Source of the DNA: Verrucomicrobiota bacterium
GTDB taxonomy: Bacteria; Verrucomicrobiota; Verrucomicrobiia; Limisphaerales; UBA11320
NCBI GenBank assembly: GCA_016199985.1
Contig: JACQFQ010000029.1
Location: forward strand, 73,440 to 137,439
DNA length: 64,000 bases
Direction of reading: 5' to 3'
The notes beneath the pieces were generated by a model that saw only the letters and a program-made list of their open reading frames with translations, did no database searches and was not told the origin of the DNA. Below, piece by piece: positions 55,901 through 64,000 of this stretch. Every line of letters begins with the position of its first letter. Positions within the stretch are counted from its first letter, which is position 1. The position numbers were made by a program, and so were the translations under genes.

Positions 55901-57984
55901 CGGTCTCCATGGCGGGCGCTCCGCCCGTTCTGAGCGATGATCCACGGACGTCTCCTCCCTTCGACGCCACGGTGACATCGATCGCGCAACCCCCGCTCGT
56001 CGCGACCCTTGCTGCGACCTCAGTGACGAGCGACGGCGCGGCGTTGAACGGATCCGTCAACAGCTGCGGATCCGCCGGAGGATACTACTTTGAGTTCGGT
56101 CCCACCGCGGCCTACGGATCGCGGACTCCAGGCGGACCGATTGCGGGCGGCGTGGGGGATGTCGCGGTGGGTGATTCGCTTGCCGGCCTTTTGTCTGGAG
56201 GGGCCTACCATTTCCGTGTCGTGGCGACGAACGCCTTCGGGACCAGCGCGGGAGGCGATCGAGTTTTTGTCACTGGGATCACGATCCTCAAGCAGCCGCA
56301 GAGCGTGGTGCTTTGCGTCGGGCGACTCACGACGTTCGTCGTCGCGGTGAATGTGCCTGGCGCGACCTATCGATGGCAACGCCGGCTGGCGGGGTCCGCC
56401 GGTTTCCTGAATATCCCGGGCGCGTCCTCCCCGACATTCACGGTTTTGTCCGCGAAAGCGACGGACGACGGGACCGCCTATCGCGTGGTAGTGGCGACGG
56501 ACGCCATCCACGTCACGAGCGATGAGGCTTTCCTGTCCGTCATCACGGTGAAGGCCCCCTTTCTGAGCGCCAATTTCGACAAAGGGCTTCCGGCCAACAC
56601 CGCGACTTACGGCGACGCGTACATCGACGCCGCGACAGGCGTGTTGGAGTTGAATCCGAACGCAGGCGGCCGCGCCGGCGCGTTTCTCACCGCGGACCCC
56701 GCGCCGGGTCGCTTTGTTCAAGGCTTCGTCGCTTTGTTCAAGGCGCGGATTTCCTCGGTTGTCTCTCCTCCCGCCGACGGCTTCAGCTTCAACTGGGCTT
56801 TTGACCTGCCGAACGGCGCGTACAGCGTCGCGGAGGAAGGGGAGGGCTCCGGGCTTTCTGTCGCGTTCGACACATTCGACAACGGGGGCGGAGAAGCGCC
56901 GGCCATCGACGTGTTCTGGAAAAGGACCCTGGTGATTCACCGGCCTGTGCCCATCGACTTCCTCGTCCGTGGCGACAGCTTTTTCGACGTGGGGATTCGC
57001 GTGACGCCCGACGGGCTGCTCGACTTGATTTGTGGATGCGAATCCGTGTTCGCTCGGCTTCCAATTCCAGGGTTCACGCCATTGAGGGGAGCGCGGTTCG
57101 GATTGGGTTCGCGCACCGGCGGGCTCTGGGAGACTCATGGGATTGACGATCTGGCTATTGATATTGGCGTTGATCCCACCAATGGAGTTCCGCGCATCGA
57201 TTCCGTTTCGCTACAGTTGCCGAAGGGCCTCGTGATACGGGGCGCCGCGCCGCCTGAACTGAACCTGATCCTGGAATCGTCCGTGGACTTGAGGGCCTGG
57301 ACTTGGCGTGGGTACATCCATCCGGGCGCGGATGGAAAATGGGAATTCGTGGACGCCGACGTGGCTTCGAGCGCTCAACGATTCTACCGCCTCCGTTCGC
57401 TCCCCCAGTTTCCATCCGGGTTGCTGAACTACTATGACGCCGACGGAAGTTTTCAGGACGGTTTCGGACAGGATCACGGCTTGCCGATCGGGGGGATAGG
57501 CTTCGGCCCGGGAGAAAGAGGCCAGGGGTTTCTCTTCGACACTCCTGACCGGCTCGTCTCGATCCAGGCTGCTCCCCTCCCTGTTCCCTGGACGCTGGGG
57601 ATCTGGGTGAAGCGCGGCGTGGCCGTGGATCGTTCCGAATCTTTGCTCTTCGACGCGGCGACCGCCGTGAAACTGGAGCAATGGGACAATTCGCATCAGG
57701 TGGGGCTGACCCAATTCGGGGCCGCGGACTACTATTTCAAATACACGGCGCCCTTGGACGTCTGGACGCACCTCGCGCTCGTCGCTGTGAAGGGATCGAC
57801 ACAACTCTACGTGAACGGCGTCCTGACGGACACACAGCCCGTGAGCATCAATCTGCCCCGAGGCGCGCTGGGCGGGAGAGTCGGCGACCGCTTGCAGGCC
57901 GTGATCGACGAAGTCGCCATCTTCGGGCGCGCGCTCTCCGCCTCCGAAATCCTGCAGGTCTATTCCGCGACTCACGGACCCTGA
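52933..57984 (+). CDS. Giant secreted multidomain exoprotein (1683 aa)
   Basis: The protein begins with a signal peptide (FVWLCVLAALNPEALAQ). It continues with a DUF11-like repeat and a cadherin/VCBS-like Ig domain (GVLANDVDLDG...FTYDPPVGFEGVDSFSYRIDDG). A parallel beta-helix region follows (about aa 180-760), then a zinc-protease motif HEMGHQLGLADDY. Next come a second DUF11-like segment and an Ig I-set domain (YRWQRRLAG...DDGTAYRVV). A lectin/ConA-like domain follows (ADGFSFNWAF), then an internal FYRL domain (AQRFYRLRSL). The protein ends with a C-terminal LamG domain (WTHLALV...LYVNGV...IDEVAIFGRALS). Confidence 0.85.
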   Translation: MRPSLRSMAAGFVWLCVLAALNPEALAQTNLGVALTTSLTATQGAVLAYTLIITNQGTNAVQGVRFSDILDPNTTLVPGSVNTSPLAFDDAYSVIGNVALSIPAPGVLANDVDLDGVGPALSVTGFDAASARGGKIVMSANGGFTYDPPVGFEGVDSFSYRIDDGEGFTDTGKVSLTVTGVVWFVNAAAPAGGDGRLKTPFKSLASFAAINNNSPAGGRSGHSLFLYSGSYAGPLTLLNDQRILGQGAGASLSAITGLTPPVGSLAFPATGGARPVVGNGTAGIVLASGNQARGLNFSTTGGAIAGAHVGALTLLEIGVTNTGGVAVNLADGSLSVTLDAVHSTGGATGIRLAKCAGGFAIIGDGAAAENGSGGTLKTTTDSAVILDGAANVSLSRMRILNAGGSGVWGQSVNGLVVDWCRLANNGDAVGEAGIRLGDPLGATGLIGTTSGGSNPTRISNTLILGSGEMNLAIYNNAGTLQQLDLVNLVSSDTRNRPLGADGFLFETRGSAVAALSFAHSSFSNNFTQGIQASALDKSTLTVSVVDCGFTNNNEGVVLGNANAAQLTFDVASNRFVNTLAAGASGAAIAAVNATTVTGVALYSGRIRNNTIAGGGIDNHLIAALFSGAGNNTLSVTSNSIVAANSQFSGVFIQAGEAGSGKLSASVLVKGNKVSVGALGSHGIVAQSRVISTLCAEIAENVSTTAGQGLFGVNIRQRDASTFRLPGFAGPFNSTASVAAFVAGKNNGSTVNATVSSAYSGGGPCVLPLMAAARPTPRDATAATPLSPSRSSDEFPQPARGVPPVANRSPRALSDAELQAGAAAAREVWARSGISPQRLEALEHVRFEVADLSGWRLGESTPGLARLDRTACGYGWFVDPSPLSNAAPQGQMDLLSALAHEMGHQLGLADDYRPSRSGDVMYGVLAPGERRLPSAGRALSGAGRSDAGPHYLTAALDVGTLPPGKSLTIAFRAQVAKPMPGGVCALSNQATVSMAGAPPVLSDDPRTSPPFDATVTSIAQPPLVATLAATSVTSDGAALNGSVNSCGSAGGYYFEFGPTAAYGSRTPGGPIAGGVGDVAVGDSLAGLLSGGAYHFRVVATNAFGTSAGGDRVFVTGITILKQPQSVVLCVGRLTTFVVAVNVPGATYRWQRRLAGSAGFLNIPGASSPTFTVLSAKATDDGTAYRVVVATDAIHVTSDEAFLSVITVKAPFLSANFDKGLPANTATYGDAYIDAATGVLELNPNAGGRAGAFLTADPAPGRFVQGFVALFKARISSVVSPPADGFSFNWAFDLPNGAYSVAEEGEGSGLSVAFDTFDNGGGEAPAIDVFWKRTLVIHRPVPIDFLVRGDSFFDVGIRVTPDGLLDLICGCESVFARLPIPGFTPLRGARFGLGSRTGGLWETHGIDDLAIDIGVDPTNGVPRIDSVSLQLPKGLVIRGAAPPELNLILESSVDLRAWTWRGYIHPGADGKWEFVDADVASSAQRFYRLRSLPQFPSGLLNYYDADGSFQDGFGQDHGLPIGGIGFGPGERGQGFLFDTPDRLVSIQAAPLPVPWTLGIWVKRGVAVDRSESLLFDAATAVKLEQWDNSHQVGLTQFGAADYYFKYTAPLDVWTHLALVAVKGSTQLYVNGVLTDTQPVSINLPRGALGGRVGDRLQAVIDEVAIFGRALSASEILQVYSATHGP
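56708..56744 (+). repeat. Perfect 17-nt direct repeat with 20-nt period inside the giant CDS
   Basis: The sequence gtcgctttgttcaaggc occurs at 56708-56724 and again at 56728-56744. The two copies are read in different frames (RFVQG / VALFKA). Confidence 0.9.
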
Positions 57985-58026
57985 GCTTTGTCCGGCGCGC
58001 GATTCGACCAGGATCGAGAAGACGCG

Positions 58027-58926
58027 TTAGCGTCGGGCAAGAATCTCCTTCAGCGTCGGCATTGAAGGTTGCGCTCCCTTTCGTTCGACGGAGATTCCGG
58101 CGGCGCGGACGGCGAATTCGATTGCCTCGCGAGTGGGGAGGCCGGCGGCCATCGCGGCCGCAAAGCATCCGGTGAAACAGTCGCCGGCGCCAGTGGTGTC
58201 CACCACGCGCGATTTCAAAGCGGGCGTCCAGAGCACCAGATCGTTCCTCGCCCAACACACGCCACGGGCGCCGCAAGTCACGATCACTTGCCCGACACCT
58301 TTTCGCGCCAACGTCAACGCGGCCCGCTCAATCGCCGCGTTCGAGGTCGATCGAGCGCCCGTCAAGAAGGCCAGCTCCGTCTCGTTCGGGATGAGCGTGT
58401 GAACCTTTCGGAGCAAAGCCGGAGGCAGGCTGCGCGCGGGCGCCGGGTTCAATATCGCTGGAATGCCCGCTCGCTCCGCGATCGTCAAAGCGGCGGCCAC
58501 CGCGGGCATCGGGATCTCCAGCTGCAGGACCAGGACATGGGGCGGGACGAGGGCGCCCAGGGCGCGGCGGACAAGCGACGCTGGGAGCGCGTCGTTGGAG
58601 CCGCGGGCGACCGAGATCATGTTTTGTCCCACCGCGTCGACCAGAATCAGCGCCACTCCACTGGTGGCGTTGGAAGGTCGGTGGATGGCGTCGAGCTGGA
58701 TGCCTTCACGCCGCAAGCGCTCAACAGATTGATCGCCGTAGGCGTCTCGTCCGATGCTCGCTACGAACGAGACTCTCGCTCCCGCGCGGACCGCGGCCAC
58801 GGCTTGATTGGCGCCCTTGCCTCCGGCGTGGACCCGCAGCGGTCCCGCCAGGACGGTTTGGCCCGGTCCTGGGAGCGTGGCGGACGTCAGCACCAAGTCT
58901 GTGTTGGAGCTGCCCACGACCGTCAC
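58027..58926 (-). CDS. rbsK: Ribokinase (PfkB family)
   Basis: Diagnostic motifs are VVGSSNTDL, GGKGANQAVA and DTTGAGDCFTG. The track ORF extends to 59163, but the GTG at 58926 (VTVVGSS, preceded by GGGGG) gives a typical ~300-aa ribokinase and removes the overlap with the divergent kinase gene. The start is uncertain. Confidence 0.8.
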   Translation of the reverse strand: MTVVGSSNTDLVLTSATLPGPGQTVLAGPLRVHAGGKGANQAVAAVRAGARVSFVASIGRDAYGDQSVERLRREGIQLDAIHRPSNATSGVALILVDAVGQNMISVARGSNDALPASLVRRALGALVPPHVLVLQLEIPMPAVAAALTIAERAGIPAILNPAPARSLPPALLRKVHTLIPNETELAFLTGARSTSNAAIERAALTLARKGVGQVIVTCGARGVCWARNDLVLWTPALKSRVVDTTGAGDCFTGCFAAAMAAGLPTREAIEFAVRAAGISVERKGAQPSMPTLKEILARR

Positions 58927-59134
58927 ACGCCCCCGACGGCTCAGAGCTTTTCGATAGTCAGCGAGAAAGGATTCCTGCGAAATCACGTCCCGATAAGACC
59001 CCGGACCTCCCGTTAGCACAAGCGCGCCTTCCCAGGAGCCTCGTAGGCGGCCGGAATCGGCGGAGGGAGCGGCGAGAACGAGAACTGCGGCGGAGGACTG
59101 TTCCGCCCTTGACTTGGGGTTGGCGGACGGGGTG

Positions 59135-60259
59135 ATGATGACGCGCGTGCCAGTCCTGTTCACTATTGGGAACGAGATCCGCTACGAGATCGTCCGAAAG
59201 ATCTTCGAAGGCGGGATGGGTATTGTTTACGAGGCGGAGCAGAAGGGCGCCCAGGAGTTTGTCAAGCGCGTCGCCATCAAGGTCGTCCGCCAAAACTTCA
59301 CTTCGCAGAAGCAGTTCATCGAGAATTTCATCGGCGAAGCCAAGCTCGTCGCGGACTTGATCCACACGAACATCGTTCAGACCTACCATCTGGGGGAACA
59401 CAACGGGAGCTTCTTCATCGCCATGGAGCTCATCCGGGGCGTGAACCTTGAGCAGTTTTCCGCCCAGCTCAAGGAGAAGCGCCGGGTCCTTGCGATAGAG
59501 ATGGCGGTGTTCATTGCCAGCCGAGTGGCTCGTGGGCTGGCTTACGCGCATGCCAAGACCGACAAGAACGGGCGGCCTCTGGGGATCGTTCATCGTGATG
59601 TGAGCTTCAAGAACATCATGATCGCGTTCGAAGGCGACGTGAAGCTCACCGACTTCGGCATCGCCAAGGCTCGCGGGTTTCTCACCGACAACGAAGGCGA
59701 GGTCGTCGCGGGCAAGGCCGATTTCATGAGCCCGGAGCAGGCCGACTTTCAGATCACCGACAAACGATCCGACCTGTTTTCCCTCGGCGTGGTCCTGTCG
59801 ACACTGGTGCTGGGCTACAACATCTTCAAGGACTCGACGCCCGAGAAATCCCGCCTGCGGGTGATCTCGATGGCCATCCCCGATTTTCGAGCGCTCGATC
59901 GTCGAGTGGACGACCGCCTCAACAAGATTCTTCAGCGCGCCCTGGCGCGCCGCGTGACGCAGCGCTATCCGGAGGCCGACGAGGTGCTTTACGATCTCGA
60001 GCACTACATCTACCACTCGGGCTATGGCCCGACGAATGAGACTCTGGGAAAGCTGATCCGCGGATTGTTCGGCGTTCGCCCCGAGGGCACGATGAGCGAG
60101 TCGGCCAAAGGCGGCACTCAGGTGATGGGTCGCACGGGGCGCGCCGGGAAAAAGTCCGAGGGCGCCACGCAGCGCGCCGCGACCGGCGCCACTCGTTCGG
60201 GAGGCACTATTCGCCGCGGCGGGGCCACCGCCCGATCGGCTCCTAAGAAGAATCCATGA
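59135..60259 (+). CDS. Protein kinase-like protein with an atypical catalytic loop
   Basis: Kinase motifs are GGMGIVYEA, VAIKVV, HRDVSFKNIMI, LTDFGIAK and FMSPEQ, followed by an Arg/Gly/Ala-rich tail. The ATG at 59135 is preferred over the TTG at 59114. The stop overlaps the aguB ATG (ATGA). Confidence 0.8.
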   Translation: MMTRVPVLFTIGNEIRYEIVRKIFEGGMGIVYEAEQKGAQEFVKRVAIKVVRQNFTSQKQFIENFIGEAKLVADLIHTNIVQTYHLGEHNGSFFIAMELIRGVNLEQFSAQLKEKRRVLAIEMAVFIASRVARGLAYAHAKTDKNGRPLGIVHRDVSFKNIMIAFEGDVKLTDFGIAKARGFLTDNEGEVVAGKADFMSPEQADFQITDKRSDLFSLGVVLSTLVLGYNIFKDSTPEKSRLRVISMAIPDFRALDRRVDDRLNKILQRALARRVTQRYPEADEVLYDLEHYIYHSGYGPTNETLGKLIRGLFGVRPEGTMSESAKGGTQVMGRTGRAGKKSEGATQRAATGATRSGGTIRRGGATARSAPKKNP

Positions 60260-61146
60260 GGAAGAAATCATCGGAGGTCCGCGTGGGGCTTCTTCAACAC
60301 GCGTGCGTCGCGGATCCCCGGAAGAACATCGAGAAGGCCCTCGCCCTGGCCGACCAAGCCGCGCGCTCCGGAGCCCAGATCATCTGCACCCAGGAGCTGT
60401 TCTCCTCGCTCTATTTCTGTCAGTCCGAGAACCACGACTACTTCAAGCTCGCCGAAACCATCCCAGGGCCCACCACTGAGCGGTTTCAACGCCTGGCCCG
60501 GAAGCGGAGAGTGGTTGTGGTGGCGTCGCTTTTCGAGCGCAGAGCGGCCGGGCTCTACCACAATACCTCGGTGATCATCGACGCCGACGGCGCCCTGCTT
60601 GGGGTCTATCGCAAGATGCACATCCCCGAGGATCCGCTTTTCCACGAGAAGTTCTATTTCACCCCCGGCGACCTCGGCTTCCGGACCTGGAAAACCCGCT
60701 TCGCCAAGATCGGGGTGCTCATCTGCTGGGATCAATGGTATCCCGAGGGCGCCCGCCTCACCGCATTGCAGGGCGCGGAGATTCTGTTTTATCCAACGGC
60801 GATCGGCTGGCACCCTGGCGAGAAGGCGCGTTATGGCGCGAACCAGCATGGAGCCTGGGAGGTGATCCAGAGAAGCCACGCCGTCGCCAACGGATGTTAT
60901 GTCGCGTCCGTGAATCGAATCGGGTTGGAGCGGCCGATCGGCGGGGATGGTCTCGAGTTTTGGGGACAGAGTTTCGTTGCGGGAACCTCTGGACAGATTC
61001 TGGCGAAAGCTCCCGTGGACCGCGAGGAAGTGATGATCGTTCCCGTGGACCTCGCGAACGTGAACGTGACTCGCACGCATTGGCCCTTCATGCGCGACCG
61101 TCGGATCGACGCCTACGGCGGCATCACCCGGCGTTATCTCGACTAG
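60256..61146 (+). CDS. aguB: N-carbamoylputrescine amidase (carbon-nitrogen hydrolase)
   Basis: The nitrilase-superfamily E-K-C triad contexts are CTQELF, YRKMHIP and [11 protein letters not shown]. The product is 296 aa. Confidence 0.8.
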   Translation: MRKKSSEVRVGLLQHACVADPRKNIEKALALADQAARSGAQIICTQELFSSLYFCQSENHDYFKLAETIPGPTTERFQRLARKRRVVVVASLFERRAAGLYHNTSVIIDADGALLGVYRKMHIPEDPLFHEKFYFTPGDLGFRTWKTRFAKIGVLICWDQWYPEGARLTALQGAEILFYPTAIGWHPGEKARYGANQHGAWEVIQRSHAVANGCYVASVNRIGLERPIGGDGLEFWGQSFVAGTSGQILAKAPVDREEVMIVPVDLANVNVTRTHWPFMRDRRIDAYGGITRRYLD

Positions 61147-62131
61147 CCAGGGAGCTCGTCGCCGCCGGTTGGGCCAGATGGCACGCCGCCCAGTGTCCTG
61201 GCGACAGCTCCCGAAGGGGCGGCGTCTCGATGGAACATCGGGCTTCCGCCACGGGACAGCGCGGATGGAAGGGGCAGCCGGACGGCGGTTGAATGGGAGA
61301 GGGGACGTCCCCGGACAGAACGATCCGCTGGCGCTTGGATTCCGGATCCACCTCGGGGATGGCCGAGATGAGCGCCTGCGTGTAGGGATGGCGTGGCTCG
61401 CTGATGAGGTCCTTCGAGGGGCCGCTTTCCACAACGCGGCCGAGATACATCACCAGAACCCGCGCGCTGATGTGCTCCACCACGGCCAGGTCGTGGGCGA
61501 CGAAAAGATAGGCGACGCCGAGCTGTCGCTGCAGATCCTGAAGCAGGTTGATGACCTGCGCCTGAACAGAAACGTCGAGAGCGCTCACGGGCTCGTCGCA
61601 GACAATGAGCTTGGGCTCCACAGCGAGGGCTCGCGCGATCCCAATACGCTGGCGCTGTCCGCCGCTGAACTCATGCGGATACCGGGTCATGTGGCTGGGG
61701 TCGAGGCCGACCTGCCGCAGCAGGCTTTCGATCCGGCCGCGACGCGCGTCCACCGTCGCCGCCAAGCGGTGGATGTCGATCGCCTCGCCGATGATTTCGC
61801 CGACGGTCATCCGAGGGTTCAGCGAGCCGTAGGGATCCTGGAAGATCATCTGGAAGTGACGGCGCTTTTGCCGAAGCGCCTCGCCGTCGAGCTGGGCGAG
61901 GTCCTCGCCGTCGAACAGGATCCGCCCGCTGGTCGGTTCGAGAAGGCGGATGACCGCGCGCCCCAGCGTCGTCTTGCCGCATCCGCTCTCTCCGACGAGC
62001 CCAACCGTCTCGCCCGCGTCCACGGTCAGCGAAACACCATCCACAGCCTTCACGTACTGGCGCGCGCGGCTGAACAACCCGTGTCGGACGGGGAAATGCA
62101 CCTTCAGATCCTGGACTTCGAGAAGTTTCAT
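61124..62131 (-). CDS. Oligopeptide/dipeptide ABC transporter ATP-binding protein (OppF/DppF-like)
   Basis: The ATG at 62131 gives [13 protein letters not shown]. Motifs are [23 protein letters not shown] and the C-terminal Cys motif GCPFHPRCP. Confidence 0.9.
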   Translation of the reverse strand: MKLLEVQDLKVHFPVRHGLFSRARQYVKAVDGVSLTVDAGETVGLVGESGCGKTTLGRAVIRLLEPTSGRILFDGEDLAQLDGEALRQKRRHFQMIFQDPYGSLNPRMTVGEIIGEAIDIHRLAATVDARRGRIESLLRQVGLDPSHMTRYPHEFSGGQRQRIGIARALAVEPKLIVCDEPVSALDVSVQAQVINLLQDLQRQLGVAYLFVAHDLAVVEHISARVLVMYLGRVVESGPSKDLISEPRHPYTQALISAIPEVDPESKRQRIVLSGDVPSPIQPPSGCPFHPRCPVAEARCSIETPPLRELSPGHWAACHLAQPAATSSLASRDNAG

Positions 62132-63138
62132 GTTTGCCAGAAGGGGCAGCGAACCCAGTGACCGGGGCCCGCTTCCAGCCAGTCGGGGGCGGTGGTGGAA
62201 CACTGGGCCTGGGCTTTGGGGCAACGGGGATGAAAACGACAGCCCGACGGGAAAGCGCCGAGGTTCGGCACGCTTCCAGGGATCGCCTGAAGCCTTTCAC
62301 CGGACGCGCGGAGCTTGGGCACCGAGTTCATCAATGCCTGCGTGTAGGGGTGAAGGGGACGGGCGAGCAGCTCCGACGCCGGGGCGTACTCCACGATCTG
62401 TCCGGCGTACATGACCGCGACGCGATCCGCGAGATCGCCCACGATCCCGAGGTTGTGAGTGATGAGCAGCAGGCTCATGCCGATCTGTCTCCGAAGCTCG
62501 CGAAGCAGATCAATGATCTGGGCCTGGATTGTCACATCCAGCGCGGTCGTCGGCTCGTCGGCGACGAGCAGCCTCGGGTGGCTTGCCAGCGCCATGGCAA
62601 TCATGACGCGCTGCTGCATCCCCCCGGATAACTGGTGCGGATAGTCGCGCATCCGCGACTCCGGCGCGGGGATCCCCACGAGCTTGAGCAAACGGATCAC
62701 CTCGTCGGGAGTGGCCGCGTCGGGGCGATGCAGCTGCAGCGACTCGAGGATCTGGCTTCCGACGCGGAACACAGGATTCAGGGAGGCTCCGGGTTCCTGG
62801 AAGATGTAGCTGACGACGCCGCCCCGGATGGCGCGGAGCTCGCGCGGGGACATCTTGAGAACATCCTGCCCGTTCACCCGGATTTCACCGCCCGCGTAGC
62901 GAGCCGGGGGCGTTGGCACCAGGCGCGCGATGGAAAGAGCTGTGACGCTCTTGCCGCAGCCGCTTTCTCCGACGAGGCAGATCGACTCGCCCGCGTTCAG
63001 GGAGAAGGAAACGCCGTCCACCGCGCGGAGAGCGTGTCCATCTTTGAGGAAGTCGAGCCGCAGATCGCGGATTTCCAGCAGCGGCGCCTCGGCGGGAGGC
63101 GACGCCGAAGGCTTTGCGCGGGCTTCGGGTGTGATCAT
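62128..63138 (-). CDS. Oligopeptide/dipeptide ABC transporter ATP-binding protein (OppD/DppD-like)
   Basis: The ATG at 63138 gives MITPEARAK...[11 protein letters not shown]. Motifs are [23 protein letters not shown] and GCRFHPRCP. There are 4-nt overlaps at both ends. Confidence 0.9.
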   Translation of the reverse strand: MITPEARAKPSASPPAEAPLLEIRDLRLDFLKDGHALRAVDGVSFSLNAGESICLVGESGCGKSVTALSIARLVPTPPARYAGGEIRVNGQDVLKMSPRELRAIRGGVVSYIFQEPGASLNPVFRVGSQILESLQLHRPDAATPDEVIRLLKLVGIPAPESRMRDYPHQLSGGMQQRVMIAMALASHPRLLVADEPTTALDVTIQAQIIDLLRELRRQIGMSLLLITHNLGIVGDLADRVAVMYAGQIVEYAPASELLARPLHPYTQALMNSVPKLRASGERLQAIPGSVPNLGAFPSGCRFHPRCPKAQAQCSTTAPDWLEAGPGHWVRCPFWQT

Positions 63139-64000
63139 GCGCTCTTCGTGTCGGCGGCGTCTCTTAGACCATCGCCCAAAAAGTTGAAAGCGAGAACGGT
63201 CAGGAAGATCGCCCCTCCCGGCGCCAGCAGCCACGGGTAGTCCTGAACGTACTGATGATTCTGGGCGGCGTTCAGCATCAAGCCCCAGCTCGCCTCGGGC
63301 TCCTGGATCCCCACGTTCAGATAGCTCATCACCACCTCGCCGAGGATGTAGTAGGGCACGCTCAACGTCGCGGCGACGATCACGTAGGAAAACGTGCTGG
63401 GCAGGATGTGCTTGAGCACGATCCGGACTCGGGTTTGTCCGAGGGCTCGGGCGGCGAGAACAAACGGGCGCTCGCGCAAGGAAAGCGCCATCCCTCGAAC
63501 AACGCGCGCGGAGCTGGCCCAGCGGATGAAACTCAGGATGGCCACAATGATGATGTAAACAAGGGTCGAGCTCAGCGAGGCCGGGAAGACCGAGCGCAGA
63601 GCCATGATCAGGTAGAGGCCGGGGATCGACATGATCAGCTCGCAGACCCGCATGACCGTGAAATCCACGCCGCCGCCGACATAGCCCGCGTAGCCGCCGA
63701 TGAGCATGCCCAGGCTGAGCGACAGCGTGATCCCGATCAGGCCGATCGACAGCGAGATCTGGGATCCGTAGAGCAGCCTCGAAAGGATGTCGCGTCCGAA
63801 CTGGTCGGCGCCGAGGAGAAACAGGGGGGCGTCGGGATGATCCACTCCGAGGAAATGGGTGGAGCATTTCAGAAAGCCAAACAGCGTGTAGGGCTCCCCC
63901 TTCGCGAAGAACCGCAGGGCCGCCGCCGAGCCATCCGCGGACGCCTCGTAGGTCGCGGGCTCGGCAACTTTCTTGTACAACCGAACGGACAAGCGGCCTC
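63135..64000 (-). CDS. Oligopeptide/dipeptide ABC transporter permease (OppC/DppC-like); the N-terminus is probably beyond the right edge
   Basis: The BPD-type permease carries the EAA-like loop ARALGQTRVRIVLKHILP and several TM segments. The frame stays open to position 64000. Confidence 0.8.
   Translation of the reverse strand, partial: GRLSVRLYKKVAEPATYEASADGSAAALRFFAKGEPYTLFGFLKCSTHFLGVDHPDAPLFLLGADQFGRDILSRLLYGSQISLSIGLIGITLSLSLGMLIGGYAGYVGGGVDFTVMRVCELIMSIPGLYLIMALRSVFPASLSSTLVYIIIVAILSFIRWASSARVVRGMALSLRERPFVLAARALGQTRVRIVLKHILPSTFSYVIVAATLSVPYYILGEVVMSYLNVGIQEPEASWGLMLNAAQNHQYVQDYPWLLAPGGAIFLTVLAFNFLGDGLRDAADTKSA

Noticed and set aside
58958-60271. A 437-aa minus-strand ORF. Also in this group: 60268-61434 (-), 61169-62161 (+), 18655-20247 (+), 14566-16038 (+), 9089-10291 (-), 2760-3893 (+) and 27082-28350 (-).
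   Set aside because: Each is the mirror of a confidently identified gene (kinase, aguB, oppF, thiolase/etfB, acyl-CoA dehydrogenase/EtfD, HlyD, the secreted protein or M64). They are high-GC antisense artefacts.
61124-61146. A 23-nt convergent 3' overlap of aguB and the oppF-like gene.
   Set aside because: Short convergent overlaps are common in compact high-GC genomes, and there is no additional signal.
62128-63867. A 579-aa ORF suggesting a much longer ATPase.
   Set aside because: The N-terminal 240 aa are an alternative-frame read-through of the permease gene (63135 to beyond 64000). The ABC domain begins at MITPEARAK (ATG at 63138), which overlaps the permease stop by 4 nt.

Overview
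This is a high-GC bacterial chromosomal window; hand-counted 60-nt lines give about 63-67% GC in housekeeping genes, with AT-richer patches of about 48-58% between roughly 40.6 and 47.9 kb. The gene content is typical of the PVC superphylum (Verrucomicrobiota/Planctomycetota-like). It includes ECF sigma factors paired with Ser/Thr kinases, a DUF1501 protein, an FG-GAP protein, and many large secreted multidomain proteins that share a C-terminal '...F(Y/F)RLR' domain.

Left to right, the window contains:
- A first ECF sigma / secreted protein / kinase group (1-4262).
- An orphan small ORF, followed by a secreted discoidin + GATase1-like fusion.
- A MacB-type ABC exporter (ATPase, double-FtsX permease, HlyD adaptor; 6.0-10.5 kb).
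- An FG-GAP protein and an APC permease.
- A seven-gene beta-oxidation operon on the minus strand: fadD, HCDH/ECH, thiolase, etfB, etfA, an EtfD-like Fe-S oxidoreductase and acyl-CoA dehydrogenase (13.4-24.3 kb).
- ilvD, then a small secreted protein with an M64 peptidase.
- An AI-2E transporter, proC, a DUF1501 protein and a PA14/Ig exoprotein.
- A tight ECF sigma / zinc-ribbon STK-WD40 / FecR-TPR-beta-barrel module (35.3-42.5 kb), followed by three unusual secreted repeat proteins (42.6-47.9 kb).
- A cluster of a Tat-signal protein, two paralogous small proteins, three tandem phage-tail-collar (MdpB-like) paralogs, a GNAT and a 1683-aa multidomain exoprotein (48.2-58.0 kb).
- Ribokinase, an atypical kinase coupled to aguB, and the end of an Opp/Dpp-type ABC importer.

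I did not recognise any rRNA, tRNA, CRISPR array, transposase or integrase by eye. Many long ORFs in the supplied track are antisense or alternative-frame artefacts of high GC content. The two candidates I rate as most likely to be an undescribed system are the sigma/kinase/FecR-TPR-barrel module with its downstream cargo genes, and the non-phage tail-collar triad cluster.
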